From positions 1 to 41,930 of IMG/VR virus record IMGVR_UViG_3300031965_000068: DNA of 41,930 nt. The stretch is one strand, 5' to 3'. The stretch comes from a virus. Lineage: Duplodnaviria > Caudoviricetes. How positions within the stretch are numbered: position 1 is the stretch's first letter; each line of letters begins with the position of its first letter. This document shows positions 8,374 through 16,067 of this stretch, one piece after another. The notes under the pieces were generated by a model. It saw only the letters and a list, made by a program, of their open reading frames with translations. It made no database searches and was not told the origin of the DNA. The position numbers were made by a program, and so were the translations under genes.

Positions 8374-9711
8374 ATGTTCCGTGGCTCGATACCGCCGGCG
8401 ATGCAATCGCTGGTCGTCAAGACAATCGACGGGTGGGACGTAGACGAGATCTACGTCGGCGCGTCCGGCAACTTCACGATCGAGCGACTACTCGCCCCTC
8501 GAGGGCGACGCCTGTGGTCGAACGATGTGCAGATCTACTCCTGTGCTATCGGATGGCGGTTGGCCGGCCAGGACTTCCGCCTCGAGGTCCGCCCGGACTT
8601 TCAAGACGAGTGGGGCTGGCTAGCCGACTCGATGACGACGCCCACCGGGAAGCTGGCGACGATCATGCTCGCCTCGACCATGATGCAGGGAGCCGGGAGC
8701 GGCAACGCCTACTACTCCCGCATCCGAAGGGCCTACCGGGCCCAGTGGCCCCGGCTGTTCGCCGAGACGTGTCAGACCATCGACTCGGTCGGGGTGGAGC
8801 TCGCCGGGTTCCATGCCGGGGATTGCGTCGACTGGCTGACAGAGATCCCGGCAGATCAGGGGTTCGCAGTCTTTCCTCCGTTCTTCGCCGGCGACTACGA
8901 GGCCATGTTCCGAGGATTGGGCAAGGTGTTCGACTGGGACGAGCCGGAGTATCCGGAGTTCGACCACGAGCGGGCCGAGCTGATGATCGAGCGGATGCGA
9001 GGGATAAAGCGGTGGCTGTACGGGTCCAACGTGCGCTGGCCCCAACTGGAGGACCACCTGACCGGGATCGTGCAGACCACGAACCGCGGGGTGCCGATCT
9101 ATTGCTACGCCGACGACGGGCGACCTCGGGGAGTCGTCAGGCCCGCTCAGCACATCGACGCACTCCTGATCCCACACCTCGGCCCGGACGACGAGTTGGG
9201 CGAGGAACTCAACATCATCCCGCTTACCGACGGCCAATTCTCGCTTCTGCGGTCCCGGTACATGAACCGGCACATTCGCCCGGGCCAGGCGTCGGCGGCG
9301 TACGGGGTCCACGTCGACGGGATCCTGGTCGGCGCCTACGCGATCACCACGGCTCCAACCCTCGCCCATTACGAGCGGCACATGCCGACGCCCACGGTGT
9401 ATCTGCTCTCCGACTTCCCGGTCTCGGGCACCAGATACGACCGGCTCGCCAAACTGGTGCTCTACGCTGCGTTGTCGGAAGAGTCCAAGGCGCTGATCGA
9501 GTTGGTGGGGCGCAAGCGATTCAGATCCATGGCCACGACGGCCTTCACCGACAACCCGGTCTCGATGAAGTACCGAGGGGTGTTTCGACTCCTGAGCCGC
9601 AAGGACAGCACCGACCCCCTCTACCAGTATCAGTTGCAGTACGGACGAGAGCTGGGCCAGTGGAACCTGACAGAAGGGATGGACGAGTGGCGATGGAAGC
9701 ACTCGAAGTAG
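8374..9711 (+). CDS. phage adenine-MTase-like + GNAT(Mom)-like fusion, putative DNA modification/anti-restriction enzyme
   Basis: MFxGS start; YVGASGNF (motif I-like); FPPF (variant motif IV); C-terminal YLLSDF...RLAKL...TTAF...SMKYRG; next to ParB and TerS. Confidence 0.7.
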   Translation: MFRGSIPPAMQSLVVKTIDGWDVDEIYVGASGNFTIERLLAPRGRRLWSNDVQIYSCAIGWRLAGQDFRLEVRPDFQDEWGWLADSMTTPTGKLATIMLASTMMQGAGSGNAYYSRIRRAYRAQWPRLFAETCQTIDSVGVELAGFHAGDCVDWLTEIPADQGFAVFPPFFAGDYEAMFRGLGKVFDWDEPEYPEFDHERAELMIERMRGIKRWLYGSNVRWPQLEDHLTGIVQTTNRGVPIYCYADDGRPRGVVRPAQHIDALLIPHLGPDDELGEELNIIPLTDGQFSLLRSRYMNRHIRPGQASAAYGVHVDGILVGAYAITTAPTLAHYERHMPTPTVYLLSDFPVSGTRYDRLAKLVLYAALSEESKALIELVGRKRFRSMATTAFTDNPVSMKYRGVFRLLSRKDSTDPLYQYQLQYGRELGQWNLTEGMDEWRWKHSK

Positions 9712-10571
9712 GCGTCGAGCTGTGTCGGCTCGAGGATCTTCTGCCTCTGGAGCAGAACGCCCGATTCATGCGGCATGAGACCTTCCAGCAGTTGGTCGCC
9801 AATCTCAAGCGAGACGGCCGACTCACCTCCACCCCGTTTGTATGGCTCAACGAGGAACGGGGCGGGCTCGAGATCCTGTCGGGCAACCACCGGGTGGCGG
9901 CGGCGATCGAGGCGGGGATCGAGGAAGCCTGGTGCCTGGTGTGCCGGGAATACCTGTCGGAGGATCGGCGGATCGCCATTCAGTTGTCGCACAACGCCAT
10001 CGAAGGCGAGGACGACGCCTCGGTGCTCAAGTCGCTCTACCAGGCGATCGGTGACGTCGACCTTCGGCTCTACGCCGGGCTGGACGACGAGACGCTGCAC
10101 TTGCTGGAATCGGTGCAGCCGGCCTCGCTGTCGGAGGCCCGCTTGGACTTCGCCACCGTCTCGCTGGTCTTTCTCCCCGACGAGCTGGAAGAGGCGCAGA
10201 GGGTGTGGGGGACGGTCCGTTCGCTGATCGGCAACGTGGACGACGCATGGCTGGCGAGGTGGTCCGAGTACGACGACTGGCTGGACACGATCGAGACGGC
10301 CGGCTCTAGCCACGGGATCTCCAACACGGCAACGGCGGTGGCGATCGTCTTGGAGCTGGTACGCCGGAACCTGCCTCAACTCTCCGAGGGGTTCATGTCC
10401 GACCAGGCCCAGCAGCGGAATCCGTATGTTCCGATCGCGGCGGTGCTGGGAACGGACAAGATCCCCGCCCAGGTCGCCAAGCGCCTTCATGCTGCGGTCG
10501 AGCGTGCGATCCAGCAGGGGTCGGTCCCTGCGGACGAACGCTGGAAGATCCTCGACGGGCTCGATGGCTGA
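9693..10571 (+). CDS. ParB/Srx-like protein associated with the modification locus
   Basis: EQNARFM...ILSGNHRVAAA...QLSHNAIEG. Confidence 0.8.
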   Translation: MEALEVGVELCRLEDLLPLEQNARFMRHETFQQLVANLKRDGRLTSTPFVWLNEERGGLEILSGNHRVAAAIEAGIEEAWCLVCREYLSEDRRIAIQLSHNAIEGEDDASVLKSLYQAIGDVDLRLYAGLDDETLHLLESVQPASLSEARLDFATVSLVFLPDELEEAQRVWGTVRSLIGNVDDAWLARWSEYDDWLDTIETAGSSHGISNTATAVAIVLELVRRNLPQLSEGFMSDQAQQRNPYVPIAAVLGTDKIPAQVAKRLHAAVERAIQQGSVPADERWKILDGLDG

Positions 10572-11076
10572 CGCATGGGAGCAACGAGCTTCCGAATCGG
10601 GAGAGGCCTACGCCGCCTTCCTGGCCTACCGAGACCAGGGGCTCGGCAAGCGGTCCATCCGCGACCTCTCCCGACAACTCGGGAAGAGCCCGTCGCTGGT
10701 CGCACGCTGGTCATCGGACAACGGCTGGATGGAACGGGCGGCGTCATGGGACGCCCACCTGCAACGGGTCGTCCAAGCCGAGTTCGAGGAAGAGCTACGA
10801 GCGGCCGTCAAACGCCAGGCGCAGATGGCCGGCGTATTTCTGAACAAAGTGGTGCAGCGGCTGCAACAACTCGACCCGGCCGATCTCACGCCCTCTCAAA
10901 TGATCCAGTGGTTCGACGTCGCAGCCCGGGTGGAGAGGACCGCCTTCGGTCAGCCAGACATGGTGATAGAGGGGCGAATGGGCAACACCGAGCATTCCCC
11001 GATGGTGGATCCGGGCAGAGTCATCGAGATCCGGAAGTGGCTGGAGTTGACCGATGGAGACGCTGAGGAAGAGTGA
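10564..11076 (+). CDS. terS: terminase small subunit
   Basis: WEQ...ES..AY.AF..YRD.G..RS..HTH..RWS...W..RA..WD; directly upstream of TerL. Confidence 0.75.
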   Translation: MADAWEQRASESGEAYAAFLAYRDQGLGKRSIRDLSRQLGKSPSLVARWSSDNGWMERAASWDAHLQRVVQAEFEEELRAAVKRQAQMAGVFLNKVVQRLQQLDPADLTPSQMIQWFDVAARVERTAFGQPDMVIEGRMGNTEHSPMVDPGRVIEIRKWLELTDGDAEEE

Positions 11077-11824
11077 CCGGGCGGCGGTTCGCGCCCTTCT
11101 GATCTCCGAGCACCCGGCGGTGTACGCCGAAGAGAAGTTCGGATACATCAACGAGCCGTTCCACGAAGAGTGGTACGAGGCCGAGCTGGTCCATCCCCGA
11201 CTGTGCATCGTCGCCCCCCGGGAGTACGCCAAGAGCGAGGTGTTCTCGGTCAACTCGACATGCTGGTTCGGCGAGAGGTGGCCGGGCTCGCATCAGTGGA
11301 TCTTCGAGGACTCCCTGGAGCAGGGGAAGCTCATGCTTGAGCGGATCATCTCCGCCATGACCCAGGCCAACCCCGCCATGACCGATCGAATGTGGAAGGA
11401 AGAGAACACCGATGCCATCTTCTCCAACTTCTCCCGGGTCACTGTGGCGGGTAGGGGGCAACGGAAGCGAGGTGCTCGAGGCGACCGGATCGTGGGAGAC
11501 GACATTCTGGACGAGGAATCGACTCACACCCGGTATCAGCGAGCCAAGGTAGAGCGATGGTGGGACGGGACGGTGGCGAACATGGCCCACCCTGGCATGT
11601 ACCGGAGACTCGGCTGGGGCCACCTCAAGGGCGCCGGCGTGCCGATGCTGTGGTATCCGCCCACGACGATCCGTCTGGTCGGGACTCCCTTCCACCAGGC
11701 CGACGCTCTGATGCGGATGCGGAAGAACCGGCTCTACCACTTCCGGCGGTACGAGGCCGAGTTCGATGTAGCCGACCTCGTCCCCGGCACGATGGCCGTC
11801 GAGGTGCTCCCGCTGGTGGCGTGA
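11054..11824 (+). CDS. terL: terminase large subunit, ATPase domain (N-terminal half)
   Basis: Walker A-like APREYAKS; RG; Walker B IVGDD; motif III GTP. Confidence 0.85.
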   Translation: METLRKSDRAAVRALLISEHPAVYAEEKFGYINEPFHEEWYEAELVHPRLCIVAPREYAKSEVFSVNSTCWFGERWPGSHQWIFEDSLEQGKLMLERIISAMTQANPAMTDRMWKEENTDAIFSNFSRVTVAGRGQRKRGARGDRIVGDDILDEESTHTRYQRAKVERWWDGTVANMAHPGMYRRLGWGHLKGAGVPMLWYPPTTIRLVGTPFHQADALMRMRKNRLYHFRRYEAEFDVADLVPGTMAVEVLPLVA

Positions 11825-11825
11825 A

Positions 11826-11893
11826 ACTACTTGACGCCGGCTCGCCCGTGTGACAGAGTCCTTGGTGTAGGGCAAACGGAAGGAGAGAGAGAA
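11826..11893 (+). promoter_or_regulatory. early-type promoter/leader cassette copy 4
   Basis: ACTAC-TTGACG-17nt-CAGAGT-7nt-GTAGGG...GAAGGAG. Confidence 0.8.
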
Positions 11894-11974
11894 ATGGAAG
11901 CAATCTCGACGATCGTCACAGCCGCACTGATTCTGTACCTGGTGTGGGTGATCGCGACACTCGCCTCCCGATGA
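11894..11974 (+). CDS. 26 aa single-TM peptide
   Basis: Strong SD; MEAISTIVTAALILYLVWVIATLASR; ATGA overlap. Confidence 0.6.
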   Translation: MEAISTIVTAALILYLVWVIATLASR

Positions 11975-12210
11975 CTGGGTTCCCGTTTCGGGCGGTCGAC
12001 GGTCGGGAGGTGACAATCGAGTTCCCGATCTCGACGCCGACCGCCTACCGGGTGGTAGCCGATGGGCTCGAGCTGGGGGAGGTCGAGAAGCTTCCCTCCC
12101 GGGACGGCCAATGGCGGCTGGTCGGCGACGAACTCCAGACCTTCGATCGGCGGTGGGAAGCGACGGCCGAACTTCTGAATCGGACCCTCGGATCTCGCTG
12201 GTCGTGGTAG
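11971..12210 (+). CDS. hypothetical protein
   Basis: ATGA overlap. Confidence 0.6.
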   Translation: MTGFPFRAVDGREVTIEFPISTPTAYRVVADGLELGEVEKLPSRDGQWRLVGDELQTFDRRWEATAELLNRTLGSRWSW

Positions 12211-12219
12211 CGTGACGGT

Positions 12220-12651
12220 ATGACTCAGCAGGCACTCCAGCTCAAGCGGGAAGAGGGAGAGCCGATCGAGTTCGTCCTGCCGTTCGCCCCGGTGTCGAAG
12301 AATCGCTGGGGGTCGTGGCCTCAGTTGCACCAGCGGTCCTACCGGCAGAAGTGGCGGCGTCACCTCGACCGGATCCTGCCGACTCTCGGCCTCGACCCTC
12401 AAGCGTGTCTGCGGGTCGAGATCGACCTGTGGTTCCCGACTCGTGCGCGCCGGGACTGGCAGAACTATGCCTTCCCGCTGCACTGGGATCTCGCCGACGC
12501 CCTGGTCGAGGCCGGCCTGCTCCCGGATGACACCCCCACCCACTACCTGACGGCGTGGAACGGCGGGATCACCTTCCGAACGGACACGAACCGGCTGCTC
12601 ACCCGGGACGAGCGGACCCGGACGGTCATCCGCCTGGTGCCGGTGACATGA
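12220..12651 (+). CDS. RusA-like Holliday junction resolvase
   Basis: P.SKN...RRDWQN...LADALVEAGLLPDD; TGG-TAGCGT 6 nt upstream (leaderless). Confidence 0.7.
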   Translation: MTQQALQLKREEGEPIEFVLPFAPVSKNRWGSWPQLHQRSYRQKWRRHLDRILPTLGLDPQACLRVEIDLWFPTRARRDWQNYAFPLHWDLADALVEAGLLPDDTPTHYLTAWNGGITFRTDTNRLLTRDERTRTVIRLVPVT

Positions 12652-12920
12652 GGGCGGTCTACAAATATTCGATCCCGGTCGACGACAGGGAGCACGCGGT
12701 GCTCATGCCGCCGGGAGCCGAGATCGTCCATGTCGCCTGCCAGGACGGCCCATATTCGGTCGAGTTGTGGGCGACAGTCGATCCGGATGTCACCCGGGCC
12801 GAGAGGACGTTCATCGTGGCGGGGACCGGCCATCAGTACGACGACGTGCAGTGGAAACATGTCGGATCTGCGTTGACGGCCGAGGGTGCGCTGGTCTGGC
12901 ACCTGCTGGAGCGGGCATGA
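12648..12920 (+). CDS. hypothetical phage protein
   Basis: MRAVYKY...LWA.V...GTGH...VWHL; ATGA overlaps. Confidence 0.75.
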   Translation: MRAVYKYSIPVDDREHAVLMPPGAEIVHVACQDGPYSVELWATVDPDVTRAERTFIVAGTGHQYDDVQWKHVGSALTAEGALVWHLLERA

Positions 12921-13132
12921 GCCCCCAGCACGGCGTGATCGTGAAGATGGAGATGAAGTGGACGCTGCTATCAAAGGCCAAGATCCGGGTGGCGACGTTC
13001 CTATTCGGGGCTGGGATCGAGGACCTGGCGGTTCGGGTCGTGCGACGACTTCCCGCTCGCATCAGACTGGACGGGGGTCGCTGGCGGCGCGAGACGATCT
13101 ACCACGATGGAGGTGCGGAGTGGAATGGCTAA
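12917..13132 (+). CDS. hypothetical protein
   Basis: ATGA overlap. Confidence 0.5.
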   Translation: MSPQHGVIVKMEMKWTLLSKAKIRVATFLFGAGIEDLAVRVVRRLPARIRLDGGRWRRETIYHDGGAEWNG

Positions 13133-13434
13133 TCGTTGGAGCCGTATCGGCGGGCGCCTCGGTGATCTTGCTGGTGCTATGGGCATGGCGGATCGCGCAG
13201 CGGTGGACGCCGGAGGACCACTACCAGGGCTCCCCATTCGCAGACGTGACCGTTGACGAGGACGCTGATGGCCTACGGGTATCGGGAAAGATCCGGGTGA
13301 GTCATCCCGCCCAGGACATGCGGGCGTTTCTCGCTCAGCACCAGTTCACCCCCGACAGCGATACCGACGGGCGACGCTGGGAGGGGCAAGACCCGAACGA
13401 GGTGCCGATCCCATATCGGCTCCCACCCGGATAG
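13120..13434 (+). CDS. membrane-anchored hypothetical protein
   Basis: GTG after GGAGG; N-terminal hydrophobic helix. Confidence 0.55.
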   Translation: MEWLIVGAVSAGASVILLVLWAWRIAQRWTPEDHYQGSPFADVTVDEDADGLRVSGKIRVSHPAQDMRAFLAQHQFTPDSDTDGRRWEGQDPNEVPIPYRLPPG

Positions 13435-13472
13435 CCACAGCTTCACCACAGCCCGCCACAGCCTCGCCACGC
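13435..13472. repeat. phased CCACAGC repeats
   Basis: CCACAGC at 13435, 13446, 13456; CCACGC at 13467. Confidence 0.55.
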
Positions 13473-13565
13473 TCCGTTTCCCAGGGTTCTCTACCTCTCA
13501 CCCCTTGGCCGGGTATCGTTGCGCTCCAGACCTCTCGGACGCTCCGGGAGGGAAAGGAGCAGGAG

Positions 13566-13904
13566 ATGTACGTCAAGCTGATCGACCAGCGCGGGCCGAG
13601 TCGCATCTACCAGGCAGGCGGGGAGACTGTCGAGTCAGGATCGATCACCTGGCGGGGACCGGACCCATCGGAGGCGTCGCTGCAGGATCTTCTCGATCGG
13701 ATCGGATCTCACGCCGACGTCTATGACCGGACCCTGATCTCGCCTGATCCGGCCGGCTACGAGGACGGGGACCGGGATCGCCCGTTCTGGCTTCTGCGCT
13801 GGGCACGCTTCCAGCAGGTCGACGCGGACGCGATCCGGCTCGTCATCTGCTCCGGTCCGATCTTCGTGCTCGGCGACAACGGCAAGACGATCGACCGCGT
13901 CTGA
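13566..13904 (+). CDS. hypothetical phage protein
   Basis: SD AGGAG; C-terminal IFVLGDNGKTIDRV. Confidence 0.75.
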   Translation: MYVKLIDQRGPSRIYQAGGETVESGSITWRGPDPSEASLQDLLDRIGSHADVYDRTLISPDPAGYEDGDRDRPFWLLRWARFQQVDADAIRLVICSGPIFVLGDNGKTIDRV

Positions 13905-13958
13905 CCACCGAGGGGTGCTACCGTGCCGCTACCGCTCCGAACGTGGAAGGAGGCTGCG

Positions 13959-14198
13959 GTGGTAGAGGACGAAGGCGCACAAGAGGGCTTGCCCGGAGTG
14001 CCGCCGCCGAAGGATCTCGTCGAGGTCTCGTTCCTCGGTGCCAAGCAACTGGTCCAGTTCGCCGGCTACCGACTGGGTGACACCGTGAAGGTGGAGCTCG
14101 TCGGGCAGTTGGTGGAGGATGGGACCAGGCGCACCACCGAGAAGGGCAAGACGAAGTTCGCCAAGATTCAGGTGGACGCCGTTGAGATCATCGGCTGA
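13959..14198 (+). CDS. hypothetical protein
   Basis: SD AAGGAGG before GTG 13959; extended -10 TGCTACCGT at 13916. Confidence 0.65.
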   Translation: MVEDEGAQEGLPGVPPPKDLVEVSFLGAKQLVQFAGYRLGDTVKVELVGQLVEDGTRRTTEKGKTKFAKIQVDAVEIIG

Positions 14199-14208
14199 GA
14201 CGGTCGAG

Positions 14209-15183
14209 GTGGGGGAGGCCGGGGAACTGGCCCCTCCCACCCTGGCCGAGATCATCGCCTCGACTCGGGCTACATCGTGGGGGCCACGGAGCGGCCTATG
14301 GCCCACCCGCCGGCCACCGATCGCCCGCCAGATCTGCACTGACTGGATCGGCCAGTTGGGACGGGACGGCATGTGGTCGCTCCCCTGTGAGGAATGCTCG
14401 GAGCAGTCGGGATGCCTGGTGGCGAAGCGGAAGGAGGTCGGCCCGCTGATGTTCGACCAGGAGTTCCTGACCACCCCCCGGTCCTCGGCTTCCTCGATCT
14501 TCCCCCGGGAGCGCACCAAGAAGATGCTGCGCGCCGATCTCTCGTTCCTCACCTCGTTCACCCCCGACCAGCCCGGGCGCTTCGCCATCGTCAACGGCTG
14601 GGACATCGCCTGGTCGGAGCGGACGGGCGGCGACTACCTGGCGAAGATCTCGACGTACTACGACCGGGCGACCCGGAAGCGGCGATTCCTCGACATCTCC
14701 CGCTGGCAGGCGCTCACATTCCGCCAGCAGGTCGAGCTGATCCGCCAGGAACACCGGCTTTACTCGGCCAACCTGTCCGTGATCGAGGAAGCCGGCGCTC
14801 AGTCGGTGTGGACCCAGGAGGTGAAGGCCACCGGTGCCGAGGTCCACGACGAGCGAACTGCGGAGCTGATGGCTGCGCTCTCCGAGGTGAAGGTGCTGGG
14901 CCATGAGGCCTCCGACAAGCGATCGCTGGCCAAGGGCGTCCCCTCGCTGCTACTCGATCTCGAGCGGGAGGCGTGGGAGCTTCCATTCCAGGAGGGCACC
15001 TATCACCACGAAGAGGCCGAGAACTTCCTGGTGGAGCTGGAGGCGTTCGGCTGGAACGATGACAAGCTGGAAGGGGTCGGGGAACACGACGACACGGTGA
15101 TGGCCTGGTGGCACAACTCATGGGGCCTCGAGCAGCACGTCGGCCAGCGGACCACGATGTCGGTTCCGGGAGGACAGATCTGA
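14209..15183 (+). CDS. terL: terminase large subunit, nuclease domain (C-terminal half); start uncertain
   Basis: LWP...F.QEF linker; GWDIA...D; IEE; HDDTVMA RNase H-like motifs. Confidence 0.82.
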   Translation: MGEAGELAPPTLAEIIASTRATSWGPRSGLWPTRRPPIARQICTDWIGQLGRDGMWSLPCEECSEQSGCLVAKRKEVGPLMFDQEFLTTPRSSASSIFPRERTKKMLRADLSFLTSFTPDQPGRFAIVNGWDIAWSERTGGDYLAKISTYYDRATRKRRFLDISRWQALTFRQQVELIRQEHRLYSANLSVIEEAGAQSVWTQEVKATGAEVHDERTAELMAALSEVKVLGHEASDKRSLAKGVPSLLLDLEREAWELPFQEGTYHHEEAENFLVELEAFGWNDDKLEGVGEHDDTVMAWWHNSWGLEQHVGQRTTMSVPGGQI

Positions 15184-15323
15184 TGGGCTGAGGCGGGAAG
15201 AAGCAAGGCCGGTCGGTCGAGCAGAAGCAAGCAGAAGCGGAACGGGTGCGCCTGGCGGCGGAGAGACGTCGGGCTCGACTGGAGCGGAGCCGTCAGATGG
15301 CGGCGGAGAGGAAGAAGAGATGA
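15183..15323 (+). CDS. 46 aa basic protein with in-frame TGA at codon 3 (candidate selenoprotein or pseudogene)
   Basis: SD GGAGG; TGATG and ATGA coupling; ATG GGC TGA GGC GGG AAG AAG; bSECIS-like hairpin 15203-15222. Confidence 0.5.
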
Positions 15324-15523
15324 ACGAGGTGAGTTTCCTACTGATGGAGGCGAGCGCCCGAACTAACGCGACGGTCGCCCAGTTGTCGGAGGCTCTGAAC
15401 CAGGCGACCCCCGCCGTCATAGAGATGCTGGAGGTCGCCGCCGATCAGGGGATCAAGGGACGGCGTGCGGGTGAAGCGATCGCCCACCTGATTCGCTCCA
15501 TCGACCGGGGTGAGATCCGATGA
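15320..15523 (+). CDS. small protein homologous to tape-measure core
   Basis: ADQGIKGRRAGEAI vs TMP ADQGIKGQRAGEAI. Confidence 0.7.
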   Translation: MNEVSFLLMEASARTNATVAQLSEALNQATPAVIEMLEVAADQGIKGRRAGEAIAHLIRSIDRGEIR

Positions 15524-15669
15524 CCCGACCCGACTATGTGGTGGTTCTCTGGATCGGGTTCCTGTCAATCGTCCTGGTGCTGGATCTCGGCGGCTCCCCG
15601 GTCGGTGCCTTGGCTCTGGCGATCCTGGTCGTCTCGGCGGTGTGGCTGGCGGCGCGGGTGCGGCCATGA
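15520..15669 (+). CDS. 49 aa two-TM membrane protein
   Basis: ATGA overlaps at both ends; two hydrophobic helices. Confidence 0.6.
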   Translation: MTRPDYVVVLWIGFLSIVLVLDLGGSPVGALALAILVVSAVWLAARVRP

Positions 15670-16067
15670 CTCCGCTCGAGTGGATCTTGGCAACGCTGGT
15701 CTCATTCCGCCTGACCCGCCTCGTCTCGGAGGACTTCCCCCCAATCAAGGCCGGACGTGACTGGCTGCTCCGGCGCTGGCCCGGCCCCGACACGACGTTC
15801 CCGACGAACGAGGTGGACGTGGTGCGGGGCGAGGTCGGGGACGAGTACCGGCATGTCGAGACCGGCGTTCCGTTGATGGAGGTCGAGATGGTGTTCTTCG
15901 CCGAGCGGCCTCACTGGTTGGGCCAGTTGATCGAGTGCTACTGGTGCCACGGGTTCTGGATCTCGGTGGCGGTGCTCCCGGTGTTCGGTCCGACCTGGTT
16001 CGAGTGGGCGGTGGGAGCACTGGCGGTGAATGGGCTGATCGGGCTACTCCGATCCTGGGAGGGATGA
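15666..16067 (+). CDS. DUF1360-like membrane protein
   Basis: FRLTRLV.ED...R...LIECYWCHGFW. Confidence 0.7.
   Translation: MTPLEWILATLVSFRLTRLVSEDFPPIKAGRDWLLRRWPGPDTTFPTNEVDVVRGEVGDEYRHVETGVPLMEVEMVFFAERPHWLGQLIECYWCHGFWISVAVLPVFGPTWFEWAVGALAVNGLIGLLRSWEG

Noticed and set aside
8301-8374. tRNA as attP/att site or prophage boundary
   Set aside because: No integrase or duplicated tRNA 3' end in the window; phage genes continue on both sides
8433-9692. 712 aa ORF as one long ParB fusion
   Set aside because: The N-terminal ~420 aa are an Arg-rich off-frame overlap of the 8374-9711 gene; the real start is probably ATG 9693
11825-14208. Group I/II intron or intein in terL
   Set aside because: The interval has ordinary genes and a promoter; no intron core, maturase or intein motifs recognised
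15520-15669. Holin call
   Set aside because: Two TM helices, but no endolysin nearby; insufficient support
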